A stretch of 63,810 nt of DNA, filler included, from Choristocarpus tenellus KU-1152 (GCA_964200185.2; 9 parts of 9 records of this genome joined end to end with filler, not necessarily neighbours in it); one strand, 5' to 3'. Positions 13,299 to 26,569 are shown, numbered from the whole stretch's first letter. A program made the numbers and translations. Notes: a model not told the origin generated them from the sequence alone.

Positions 13299-16200
13299 AG
13301 GAGCTAGGGAGACCATCCCAAGAATTCAATAAACCCCTCTGTGTTCATCTCCCTGGTGATTCCAGCTTAAAACGCATGACACGTCTAGACAGTCCCGCTT
13401 GCGTCGTTACCGAGACAATTTGGCGTAGCCGGGAATTAACTACTCCTTCCCTTCTATATTATATTATTATGCCCTCTGACATTTTGCAGATATGTCAGGG
13501 GGGAAACCAATGAAAACTATACACATGTCGTTAATTGTGAATTGTGTGATTCTGTGGCGGCGTGGTTCACTCAGGCAAGGGTGGTAAAGAGAATCACCAG
13601 GCAANNNNNNNNNNNNNNNNNNNNNNNNNNNNNNNNNNNNNNNNNNNNTTAATTAATTAANNNNNNNNNNNNNNNNNNNNNNNNNNNNNNNNNNNNNNNN
13701 NNNNGTCGTTGGATTTGAGTTGTACATCCTGGAAGGTGAGCATTGAGGGGCGCCTGTAACAATATATTCGATTCTGGATTTTGGTCTCTACATATTAGAG
13801 ACGTTTTATGTATATATCTTGATGGAGTATTCGAGAAGCGTTGTAAGTGTTCAGTTTTAGCGATTCCTTCTAGAAGCAATTAGGTGCTAAACCAAACCCC
13901 ACCATCTATAATTTTGTATCTCTTCTCTTTTCAACCACCTCATCACATCCAGCAAAGGGGAATCGTGTGCGACTCTCATCTCTTTCTTTTCTCTTCTTCC
14001 ATACCGACACAAACAGCAGTCTACATCTGCACACTGAAAAGGGACAAAACGGGTGTCACAGTCGCCTGAGCTGACACAATCCTCGAAGGACAATGACACT
14101 ATGCCTGAAACAACCTATCAATCTGCTGGAGGGGATGGGGGGGACCCTCGTTGACGATCCACAGGTTCCGAGCGTGTCGGGAGATGGGGAGGAGGCATTG
14201 GACAAGGACGCAGATTCTGACCCATTATGGTGGACTCCATGTCTTCAATGGACCCACTCTCATCGATCTTCTCCACTTCTTGAGTTGTTTCCTTAGCAAA
14301 AGGAGTTCAGTGCTCATGCTGACGATAGAGTTTGCGACCCTTAGAGTTATGCATGATTACAGTCTTGCTTAAACCCTATATCTGAACTATCCGGATAGTC
14401 GCGAATGTGAATCATGCAATTCTGTGGCTGCATGGTTCACCCAGGCAAGGGTGGTGAAGAGAATCATCGGGCGAGATATACCAGAAGAACCAAGTTGAAC
14501 TGTAACTGACAAGACAAGGATAAGGTTAGGATATGTGCAATTTTGCAGAATGGCAAGAGGGGAGAACCACGATTCAGGCAGGGGAATTCTCAAAGGATCC
14601 CTCACTTTTTTATTTCTCTCGGAATGATCTTCCCCTGTGAAATTATTGTACTTCACCAGGGTTCTTGAAAAGAACATCAAACGGTATGATGTTATGAGGT
14701 ACGGCAAAAAAGGATCATGGCAGACAACCCTACTTTGCACACAACAATTTTATGATAATCTGGACCTCCTCGAAGGAACAAGACCACTCTCTACTACTAC
14801 ATAGTATCAATAAGTACTACTCGTCTAGAAAAACTTCAGTATACAAGCAGAGCATATTTCCTGGACGGACAAGCTGATAACTCATCTTGTTGTGGGTGGT
14901 AGGGTAGCTGGGGGGATTTTAACAGTGGAAAGGAGCATTGAAGCACGCCCGCAACGATTGCACCCGCCACATCACATACATGTGACGAGATTTCTAGGGT
15001 TGTCGTACATTTCAAGCTAGAGACATTTCTGATAGCCAATAGTCGAGGCAGGCTTCCAGATTTGTGGGGCTCTTCCCGGTTGTTTCTAGATGAACTTCAT
15101 ATTGCCAGTCTAAGAATAGTTTCAAGCGTGTGTTGTGTGACTTCAGGATTCTTGATTTTCTCCAAACACGTACTTACAAAAAAATAAGACTCCTAGGGTG
15201 AATGGAATTGATATCTGTTTTCGAATATACTCTACTGCTACAAATACAGTTTGTATTGTGAGCAGCATGCACACTCTGCCAATTGTTACTGTTGTGCTTT
15301 GCTTTTTTGTATTGTCTCCCTCTATATACCCTTAAGGCGAAGTAAGCAGGCAAGGAGACTGCTTTCCGCATATATTTCACGGGTTCAAAATTAATCGATA
15401 CCAGCCTGTTTTTTGAAAAAATCTTGTTTCCATTTTCCAAAGTCCACGTGACAGGTACTACTAGGAGTTCTGTACACTTGTACTTCTTGTTATTATTATC
15501 TTATAACAGATATCCGCAGTCCTAGTGACTGTGAGCATTATATGTAGTTTGTAATGATTCTACCCACCGAAATATTAGTATGGTGTGTGTTCCATAATGA
15601 GAACACTGTGCATACTGGGGATCATGTTTACAATGCAACATGCTTGTTGGGGGGGTTGAGCTATTTATGCCAACTCTCACTGCTTTAGGCAGTTCAGTCA
15701 ACACTTGTCTCTTGCATCCCCACGGACAATATTGGTTTATTGAAGAGGCTGCAGGGCAATGACAATTTCGGACTATGGATATTAGAATGATGCGTTCTTT
15801 GCCCAAATCAATAGTCCCCTCTTCCAAGGAAACGATAGAAGTAAAGGTTTCACCATTTATCTCAAGTCACCATTAGTCCGATCCAGGAACTTCCTCTGTG
15901 GATCATGCATCTCTGACAAAAATGAAGTGAACCTTTCATGAGCACTTGCTAGTACGGTTTATTGAAAGTCAACCTTCAGTGAATTTGCTTTCTATACTTT
16001 TACTGCAATAGGCACTATGAGTAATGTCATTGTTTTCCCTCACCTCAAATTGGCTGCTCCTGAAACATTATCCTATACTACTCCAACTGAGCAAGTAAGA
16101 GCAGCAGTGCACTCCATATTACCTACTTTGCCGGAGCCTGCATGTGGATATGTTTTGGTGCTGTGACAAGTCCATCTATAACAATGGGAATGTTGTGACC

Positions 16201-17712
16201 TTAGCACTCCTTCACAGGTTGCAATACACAAATTGTACTGCCAAACTTTACAAAGTAGAAACGAATGGTTGTAGTAGTGAATCTGATTATGAGCCTTGCA
16301 TTACAGACAGTCCCACATGTACTTTCATATTATAGCACTGCAGTACTTCCAGATGTGGACAAACACTCAATCGACATCTCCAACCCTCAAGAATATAGTC
16401 CAGATGTAACATATTTTTCCAACGAATGCCTGGTCCATGACTGATACTATACATGGACACATTCATAGTACAACCCAGTCACCCATCATACAATGGAGTC
16501 AAACGACCAGGTAGTTGTTGTGGGTCAAGGTTCAGCTATGATTAACTATAGGAGAAACCGGCCAAGTTGAACACCATTGTAGATCCAAGGAATAATTCTT
16601 CCAAGGCGCAGTAGTAGAAAGAACATCCCACAAGCAAAGTCTTCGGTTCCTTTGCATACTGTATTTCTATTTATTGCATTGAAAATTCTTGAAGAACTTG
16701 TCATATGTGGTGTTGACCTATTCACAGAGAAATGCAAGAGCAGCAGAGATGTAAAATTCTAGGGCTGTAACGACTGAGCGGCTGCAAACTCAACATGTAT
16801 TGCTGAACACAATTTCACCAGGGGTGTGAGCAACAGGAGTATGAGATATGTACAATATCACCGTTGGAGTATATGCAGCAGTGGTACTGCACACATCTCT
16901 TCTAATACACTTAATTCACACTTGGAGTACTTGAGTGCACTCTCATGCATCTATCCTTTTGATTGTGAACACTGAAACACAGCCAACAGCTCCCCCTTCT
17001 ACTGGTAGGAACGGTAGCTTCTCCAGGCACAATGGAGAATAGTATTTCTTCCACTCATACACCAAGGGCTTACCTTCACCTATCACACAGAGAAACAAGG
17101 CAGTCGATGGGTCTTACTCAGGCACGAACCATAACAAGTAGGAATGGGAAAGTTCACCAGCAGCACGAAACATGCACGTAGAAATTGTTCATGGTTTATC
17201 GACCCTCTCCGACTACATTGACACCACCTACATGATTTGACACATCAGCATGACATTCCAGTGACTGTTCAGGCTTCAAGCCTAATGAATATATTTATAG
17301 TCTAACCGTTGTCATTAGGTTCTGGTTACAGAGGTATGTAAATTGAAATGCATGTGGCGAGCTGAACCAACTACACAACAGCCTTTAGGAAGATCCTTGA
17401 CATGAATGCCAGAGCCCCTTCCACAACCACTACCACCCATCCATCTTGCGCCTACTAGCTGATGCTGATTTAGGCATCTTGTGGGGTGGAGGTGTCACCA
17501 ATGCCAAGGCAGTGCCAGGTCACTGCTTTGCAAATACCCCCAACATTTCAATCAATCTTTCAAGGCCAGCATCTTGGGGAACCCATCTAGGAGGACACCT
17601 GGTTGAAAAACATAGCGAGCCTTAAAAATACCCATCAAGCCTGTTTCCAAAATATAGTCTCGACTGATTCTAACGTACATGCCAGCAACTAAAACAACCC
17701 TATCCCACCAAT

Positions 17713-18971
17713 TCAAACATCACAAAGTCGTGGGGGCTCAACCACCGGAGGGGGAGCATTCTCCATTACGCACTTTACTTTCTTCTGTCGGCATCGATTG
17801 CATGCTGATCTTTCATCCTTAAAAATGCACTCAGCTGAGTCTTTTTTGCAGCGCAGACACACACCACGATTTCTCAATGCTGCAGTACCTTTCACCTGTG
17901 TCACCCTCTCTACAGTATTTGCCAAGACTGCTCCAGTTGGAACAGCACCAAAGCTCTCCTTAACTAAAGCAGAGATTCCACTCCTGTAGTCCCCATCCTT
18001 CCCTTGGTCCCCCTTGCCCTCATCCTTAGCCCTCTCGACCTGGACCACGGGAACCTCACCAACAACGATGGAAGGAGGGCTGACCCTCACAACGTTATCT
18101 ATTTTATGCTTCTTCTTCGGAGTGGGTTTCACCTGTTCTACTCCCTCGTTGGTCTCCTTCAATCGGTCAATCCTCTTCTTCTTCTTCCTCTTCTTGGCCG
18201 AATCACCGCTCCTCAGCCCTTCGCATTCCCTCCTCAGAGCCTTTACCTCCTCTTTCTCTTTCTTCAAAGCCAAATCTCGTGCATGGAGCTCTTTCCACAG
18301 GCTGCTATTGGCTTTCTTCAGAGATTTGGCCTCTTTCTCCCTGTGACCACCCCAGAACAGTGGGGGCATCGTGTCACTCTTCGCAGAAGAAGTATCTCCA
18401 TAGTCCACGCGTCCGGTAAGGAATGTCTAGAGATGTTTTGGGATTGATCAAATGCAATATACTGGAGAGGGGGCGTGATGGGGAAACGTGACCAGTTACA
18501 TCGTCAACGTAGTGGAACTCACCTTTTTCTTAGCGTCTCTGCTTGGTCCTTGGTAGTCATATATCCCAAGCACATAGAGCAACCCTCGATGTGCAATTCA
18601 GCTTTCTCAAGGGTTTCGGTGCTACCGCACCCTGGCATTTTTGCTTTCGCTGCCTTCGTGATCGCCTGGTGCAAGTGCGTAGAGGTTCTTACGAGATTAG
18701 ATGCCTTCTCGCACATCGGACATATAAGCCCGCCTTCCTCGCCATGGCTAAGGGTTGGGATGCAGACCTCACAGACACCATGGGGATCACTAGATCCACA
18801 GTCGAAAAAATCTAATCTTGTTGTAAGGAGGAGGTGGCACTTGCAGCAGGTTTGTACATCAGTGAGTGAGGGGTTGCCAGCATCTTGTACTTGACCTGGT
18901 ACCGGCTCCAGGTTTGCTTTACGGCATATGCTGGTTGAACCTTGCATAGTGAGAGGAAACGGTTCGTACAA
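17713..18971 (-). CDS. RING finger + TRAF/SINA-like zinc finger + coiled coil + basic NLS-like tracts + C-terminal Zn(II)2Cys6 protein (5' end uncertain)
   Basis: Exon ending at 18523 (AG|GTGAGT) splices in phase to CACAG|G at 18340. RING-like CCKC..C..H..CEVC..CPMC, then PGC..H..GC..C, a coiled coil, KKRKKKKR, and CLRC-x6-C-x8-CNRC-x6-C. Confidence 0.72.
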
Positions 18972-19289
18972 ACTCTCACTCTCGCTATTTACGACCCTGA
19001 CAGAGGAAGGTGTTGAGGAGGGAGAAGTAAGAGGTGAACTGTGTGTTCGGTGTGTGTTGTTCTATCTCTACAGGATCGCATTCGATGAGCTTTTTTACCA
19101 GCCCAGTACACACCACAATGAAATAATCATACCTGTAACGAAGCAAGAATGAGAGACTTTATCGATGTTCGGGTTCACCCTTGCCTGATACAAGGAGGAG
19201 TCTTACAGAGAGGGTAGGGAGAGTGTAAACAAAGGTTTACAAGGTCATAGGGTGGGGTGTAAGGTGGTGAGGTAAGACGAAAGAAGGTA

Positions 19290-19730
19290 TACCATATTTT
19301 ATCATCTGCATGTTGACAAAACAATTAGTATATGTGTCAAACATCGGAGTATGTGTTGTGGAACACATTCGTGGCGAATCTCGCAAGATACTGAGGGAGC
19401 AAGGAGTCATCAAGGAACGGTAGGGGTGAAAATTCGCGGTGCTATTCAATATCAAGTCGATCAATCTCAACCCTGGACCCCTCGTCCCCCGATCCACTTA
19501 CATCTGTCAGTGGTTAATCCACCAATGGCAATGGAAGGGAAGTGAGGGAACAATTCATGTTATCGTAGACGGGGAGACCATGGGACGAGATAGTCTCCCA
19601 GCGGAAATTCTGGATCTTGGCATCGACGAGGACGAGATTTTTTTTCAGACTTCCCACAAAATTGTATTCGTTGTGTGGGTAGAGGAAGATGTTTGTAGGT
19701 TTGGAAGGAGGTCGTCTACAACGAGGATGC
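19290..19730 (-). pseudogene. Decayed coding-like segment upstream of the RING-Zn cluster gene
   Basis: Protein-like frames NIFLYPHNEYNFVGSLKKNLVLVDAKIQNFRWE and RVEIDRLDIE*HREFSPLPFLDDSLLPQYLARF..DV* with TAG/TGA interruptions. No family recognised. Confidence 0.3.
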
Positions 19731-20064
19731 GATGGGTTGTAGCAACGTTAGGGCCATCTCATTGATAGCACATGCGGACAAAGTACACTCAAGGCTGTTG
19801 CGTGAAGACTGGGAGATCACTTGGGGGCGCCGTTAGTTTTTTAAGGCCTCCGCTCCATTGTGATGCATGCGTTCTGTTCACTCTTGTGGAGGGTACTTTC
19901 GACCAGTAATATGTTCACGACTAATCTTCTCCTCTACAGCCACACCCCCCTAAGGGTGGTTACCTGTATTACAGGCACACTACGGTGTATATTGTACAAG
20001 GTTGAAAAAAACAACTCAAAATGGTCAAGATTGACCCTCACCCTCCTCCTCGGCATATGTTCAT

Positions 20065-20320
20065 GAGGATCAGTGTGATTTCCACCCTTGAAGCTCCACA
20101 GTGAACACTATGTACACCCTACTTGACCTCCAGGTGCTTGACCAGGAAAAACATGTGTCTCTGATTATATTTTATTGACCTAGAGAAAGTATATGACTCT
20201 GTTGACTACAATCTTTTGTGAGCTCTACTTGCCAAGTTTGGAGTGAGAAGATTATTCTACTCATCCTCCAGTATCATGTTGGAATGTGGGCATGCGTCCA
20301 CATGGATGATGGAGAGTGTA
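20065..20320 (+). mobile_element. Degenerate LINE (RTE-like) reverse transcriptase fragment
   Basis: Translates to EDQCDFHP*SSTVNTMY...FIDLEKVYDSVDYNLL*ALLAKFGV...ILQYHVGMWACVHMDDGEC, matching the non-LTR RT consensus QxGFRP..RST..FIDLxKAYDSV..LWxxLxxFG..IRxFHDGMxAxV. Confidence 0.82.
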
Positions 20321-20392
20321 GGGTCAAAGTATCTGGGGGGGGGGTGTCGACGTACAAGTTTCACCCTTTTTTCGATTTTCACTTTTTTGGTG
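20321..20392 (+). mobile_element. End of a G-tract-containing DNA element with GGGTCAAAGTATCT terminus (related ends at 6468-6488, 20503-20527, 26512-26714, 26815-26900, 35290-35310, 45020-45171, 63626-63810)
   Basis: The recurrent terminus (G)GG.CAAAGTATCT followed by a G run sits at many contig edges. It shares the AAAGTATCT core with the 260-bp MITE. Confidence 0.7.
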
Positions 20393-22992
20393 NNNNNNNN
20401 NNNNNNNNNNNNNNNNNNNNNNNNNNNNNNNNNNNNTTAATTAATTAANNNNNNNNNNNNNNNNNNNNNNNNNNNNNNNNNNNNNNNNNNNNCTCATAGA
20501 CCACCCCCCCCCCAGATACTTTGACCCACACCTCATACCGCCATATCATACTGGCTTGTCAAACACCCAGAATTTCATCATCAGCAACATCCAACTCTCT
20601 TTTGTCAAATATTGATACCCCATGCTAATACAGGATACACTTCTATACCTCTTTGCATCCCTGTTCATGAGGCCTGAAAAAGCACCTCTCTGACCAATGA
20701 GAAGATCGAGATTTGTGGTGTGCATTTCATACCATTCACAACAGTGTCTGGCCGATCAGCTCCGTTCACAATTCCTTCAACCAATCAGTACGCTTCTAGA
20801 TACACAAAAAACTATAAAACTTGGGGGTATTGTAACCCCCCCCCTCTCCCATCTTCAAACTTAAAAATAATCTATTGTGTTCACTTGGCATACACACGTA
20901 GCATATCTCAATAGAGGTAGGCAAGGAGACCCGCCGAAGTGCAACCAAAAAGGATGCAAAACAAGACAAGTTCTCAATGAATCCCGTAAGAGGGGTTGCA
21001 GGAGATATCAAGTAAAGAGTGAAGAAGGGAGCACTATCAAAGTATACCCTCTATCTTGCTCAGGAGAGAAGTCAATGGAACTACAACACGGAACATTGGG
21101 GAGGGTTGGAAATTCCCCTGTCACCAGCCATGCAAGAGCTGCAGGACATGAAATAATGAACTCATTAAGACTCAATGCCATGGAAGATGACGTAGATGCA
21201 CTGTACAGTACTCAGTGTAACACCCAACACAGAGGTGCCAATCGAACACAAATAAGCATACACACACATATACACATATACACACACACTGGATTACACA
21301 CTGTAATCAGTATGGATGCACTTATTAAGTAGGATAAAGTTATCTCCCCTTGGACAAAGGTTTTCACATTACAATATGTGAGAAGTTTGGGTAAATCGGT
21401 CAGCTGCAACTGCAAGTATCTTACATATATGGTGTTCAATCCTGGTCAAGAAGTCATGTGGAAGCAAATAACTTTAGCTTAAAGTCTGTGTAGTACTACT
21501 TGATTCCTATCCGTTAATATTCAGCTGTTGATTTTCCCACAAAAATCAGTGGGTCACTCAGCATGTCCTCAGAGCCTTTTGATGTTTAGAGGTCAGGCAA
21601 GGTCACTAGCGAAGATCATTGTTTGTTGACAGGGACAACAGGAGTAGAGCGTTCAGAGGGACAGGCACATGTGCCTTTGATCATGTAGTACAGGTTTGTC
21701 AATATCAACCACATATGGACCTAAGTGAGGCGATCAAGGTTATCTCCACCAAATAGTATGAGTAGGAAAAGGCAAGTTTTTCACATGGTGAAAAACTTAG
21801 GAGGAACGGGGGATCTTGAGCACCTTGATGGTTGAGAAGGGGGGCGTTGAAGCGGGCATGGATTGGAGGTGTAAGCTTCTCAAACCACTGCTTGACAAGA
21901 TGGAACTCAAATCTCTACAGACAACTCTCTAGGAAATGCAGTCTTCCACTGAGATTTGTTGACTTGGATAGAGACAAGGTGTGAGGTTGAACTGTCATCA
22001 AAGGGTCTGCGCAACATCCTCTCGAGTAATAAAGGGAAAAAGGGGTGGAATCAAGATCCCACAGAAGTGAGAAATCATATATATATATATATATTCACAG
22101 ATCACTATTTGAACACAGGTGGACCTTTGAGGAGGAAGATGTGGTCCATCGGAAGATGAAGTTAACGCTTTCGATGTGGTCGCGATTTAATCCTTTGCCA
22201 TCACCAACATGGCCTAGTATGCTCCTACTTCAAGAGAGAGAAGAAGAAAGGGATGGGAAAGACCGTTGGGGGAGGAAGTGAGCCCTGACACGGTAATCAC
22301 CATCACAAAGGATAATCCACTGGTTTCTGTTTATGGAAATGGGGTACATTCAGTGTGCGCTGATTAGTACGTGGAAAGGTGACTATCATGTGTCGATGGA
22401 TATTCTCGCAGTTGTGGAAAATACCTGCCTTAATATCAAAATACTCCAAGAAGAAGATGATTTCTTCGTTGACAATGCATTGTACCACAATGACAGTAAA
22501 GTGCCCTGAAGCCAACTATATGGGGGTACAACATAGACTTGTTGCAAGTACAAGCTCGGAACAAATTTAAGTTGGGACGGCGAACAAGAGCACAACTTTG
22601 AAGTGCCAATTGTGGAGACTTTTCAAAGGGGCATCCTTGTTGTGGGAACAGCATAAGCAAGGAGGAGGTTGATGCCGAGATGAAGGCCTACTTCCAGAGG
22701 CACCACCCAGATAAGCTCCTTTAGTAGTCAGAGGTGTTCATGAGGAACAAGTGTTGGGATACATGTTGAACAGCCTTATGTGCCCAAGGTTCAGTCTATT
22801 GAGTGTTTGAGCAAGCATGGGGAGCAGTACGACACCTTCTGGTACGCAAAGGGCAGAGCAATAAGCGAAGTGAGGGATCAGATCAGGCTGAGGTGGTCTA
22901 GGGACAAGAACTGGGGAAGGGATGATGGTGGACGGCAACCAGCAGACTGTGGTAAGCTGGTTGCCTATCCCAAGGAGATGACCGAGTATATT

Positions 22993-23257
22993 GAGCCATG
23001 GTATCTTAGAGGGTAGAGCCACATCTACTTGGGGGCCAAAATCCAACGTTGCGATTTTGATCTAATCTTGGCTATTGTGTTTTTTAGGAGGTGTCGATAT
23101 CCTTGTTCCGGACACACCCTTTTCATGACATACACACTCTACCTACCCCGAAATACGTATGAGTAGGTAAAATGTCATAATAAAACTCATGGGAAACCAA
23201 GCCCAAAACGGACAAACAGGGCAATACTCATACCCTAACCCTAAGATACTTTCACTC
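22993..23257 (+). mobile_element. 260-bp MITE copy (Sola2-like)
   Basis: GAGCC..GTATCTTAGAGGGTA ... TACCCTAACCCTAAGATACTTTCACTC. The internal sequence is shared with four other copies. Confidence 0.88.
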
Positions 23258-26200
23258 AATGAGACACAGGAAAATACATCGGAGGGAGACATACTCAACA
23301 TGAAAAATGTCCTCGCTGAGCTGCAACATAGGGAAGAGGCAACGAGACTGACAGGGGTTGAAGAGGAGATATTGTAAGGGGAGAATGTGGAGTAAAATGG
23401 TGGTGGAAGATGGCAAGAGTGGTTCTGTTGAGGTTGAGACTCTGTGTCTGTGATGTCACGAAGAATATAAAAAGATGACCCTGCAGCATATGGAGCACTC
23501 CAAGCAAAATATTCCTAACATGTTCTGTATTGCCAACCACAAAAAAGTTTAATCACAACAATTTTAATCACAAGAGTATGTATCCTGAGAGTCCTGAGAA
23601 TATCACCATTCCAATGAGATAGGCCTTACGCAGTGAACAGGTGCAACGATCGTGTCATATAAAATGAAAAATACTCCCACCAAAAGTAATGCTGCCCTTA
23701 TCCAGATCATGTACCCTATTTCATGCTGTATTGCGACTTGGAGGCGCCACAATAGCTCGGTTGACGGGATGGCTTACACTTGATACTTGTTCATGATTTC
23801 ATTTTATGAATAGATCTGCAGCAGAGTTTACTTTAATTTACCAAGGAAGCCTACTTTGGTTGTTCGAAGAATTTACTCCGAATTGTCCCTCCAGTAGCCT
23901 ATCTTAGGTTTCATGCGGAGTTAGGACCTAAAAACCAACTACATGCCATCTACCTTGCCCCCAGATTTCTGAAGTTATATATTTTCTTGTAAAACATGTA
24001 CATTGGCAGGAGGAATTGTGTTTTTCGTACACATGAGGCGCGCTTGTAATAGCAAAAAAGTACCAAGACATCAACCTGTTCAAAAGAATTTTAAGCACAA
24101 AATGGGCAAGGGTTAGTGTACTATCAATTTAAGCTCTGATCTCTCACTATGTAATGCCCTGATCTCTTGCTATTTCTTTTTTCTTTTTTTTGGAGTGTAA
24201 CTCCGATGTCACATGAAAAATACCAACTATACCAAGGATTACCAGCTTAACAGGGGAGGATGACCTCACGACTTAATCATATCTTACACAACACTTTACA
24301 GACCTTCCAGAATAATACAAAAACTGTCTCACCAAACTTTGTTCAACATTATCAGTAAGTATTTACTCGAGCACAATATAATACAATATAGTATTATCCA
24401 ATATGCAAAGAGCCAGCCATAGTACTAGAACAACACTCAAGAGTCTTGGATTAGTGCGTATGCATGTAACTTCACCATTAGTAAAATGCTCTTCAACACT
24501 CACCAAGCACACCATGACCACTCCCACCCCCATGAGCCGCCTCCCCATGCACCCAGAGGGCAACACATCCGTTGCACATTCTGATCTTGGGGAACGCTTC
24601 AGGAACATTCTTTCCCCTCCATGTCCATCTCCTTGAGAATGACCTTGTGATAGATCACCCCTTTGTGCTCCATCAAGGATCACTTCTGGCAATACTGCAT
24701 TACCATCAAGTCCTCTCACTGTGAGGGTAAGTCGGGATGGAAGGAGGGCACCCTGAATTCAAGGGAGAACAGCAGGGGCACCGAAGGTGGGTGGGCAGGT
24801 GGGTGATGATGTGATGGTGTGATGATGCTTACTTTTAGTGATGTTGAACTTGGGACCTTATCAACATAAACAGTCCAACTACTTTCAACAATCTGAAGCA
24901 TCACTGGGTAAGTACAGCAGGCGTTTTTCTTACAACACTTTCTACACTTTCTACACATTTTTATTTTTTATGTCTCCGCAATTTGCAGGAAGGTTCAAGG
25001 GTTGGGTGGGCGGGCGGGAAATCACTCTCAACAGACCAAGAGAGGTTTAGAGGTCGATCTACACAGTGTAACCTCACAATGAATTCACCATGTTGCCTAT
25101 GTGTCAATGCTAACCTCACAACCCTCAATAAATCTACCACCCCTATATACCCCACAAGAATAAGACCGCAACATTCAACCAACTGTCGTGTATACAACGG
25201 GTTGAATCCATGTTTGTATCTATCTATACATGTGTATGCTGGGGTAACCATCCATTCCACAACAACACAGTTCACTATGGAGGGTCAAAACCAAATCAAT
25301 GCAACTCTGATCAGCACAAAAGACATGTCAACTCTATCCAGCAACCGTCACAGTGATGGTGCTCTGGGGCACCTCCCCCACCACCACCTCAAACTTCAAA
25401 ATCCCCTCCCCCAATCCTACTTCCTCTATACAGCTGAAGCAGGGTCATTGCTGAGGTTGGTGTGTATCCAAGCTCAGAACTACCCACAGCTCTTATCCCT
25501 TCCCCTCTACATCAACTCATATACCCCCCCCTCCCCCCCCCGTTGTTGTTCCCGAGAACTTCACCTCCCCAGCTTCAAAGCGGCTGTCATGATCATCTCC
25601 CCAATCAATCACCATTTCCCCATAGTTTGAACCACTTGGCAAGATAGTCCAAATAAGGTACATGCGTAGAGAGGGTAGTAAGGACAGACAATGGCACCGT
25701 TGATTCTCATGACAAGAAACATTTTTTTTTTTGATGCTGTGAGGTAAGCAATTTCTACTGACCTACCAAAAGCACAGTGCTCCTATTGATGAACTTCCTA
25801 GGCTATTCTACCACTGTATTAATGTTCAGTACTAATGTTCAGTAATGTAAATACTGAAACCGTCCGTTCTTGGTACTCACATTTACGAAAGTCTATTGTG
25901 TGCTGCCTAACCTCAACCTTGTGGCTGTATGGGTTAGGGTTAGGGTTGGTAGGGCATTACGATATTTTCAATACATGTAGAGAAGAACCCTGACCATGTG
26001 TAGCATACATACTGTAAGATCCCTCCAGCAAGCGGACTGTAAAATCTCCAGTTGCAGATGTCAATATTGCCAGTAAAAAGGCATATTGAAGTACGTAAGT
26101 CACATCTAGAATATCACCAAATATGGTTTATGGTATGCCAATGCACCAAACCAAGTGAAAGACAGATCGAATCACAAATGACAACTACACCAGATATATA

Positions 26201-26526
26201 TATATATATATATACAAAAACAATAAAGAGGAAGATTCTCAAGAGATATTTGGGCGAGAGATACAGGATGTACCGTGCCAGACTAACCCTAACCCTAACC
26301 CTAAACAATCAAGAGTAGACTCATGTTATTCAAAAAGAGCAAACTGTTTGCAGTCTCGTCTTGTACACAAAAGAGGTGACCGGATCGCTATTGAATATTT
26401 GAAAGATAGCATAGCATAGCATAGCATAGCATCAACATCCACCAAACAATAACTCTTTCTAGTAACATCACAAAATTTCATTCTTTTTCCAAAAAAGAAA
26501 AAACTAAGCAAAGGCTCAAAGTCGCT

Positions 26527-26569
<43 letters not shown>

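Noticed and set aside
24983-25630. 215-aa ORF with a faint RNase H-like look (FLYTAEAG)
   Set aside because: Catalytic motifs cannot be aligned with confidence. At most a very old LINE remnant.
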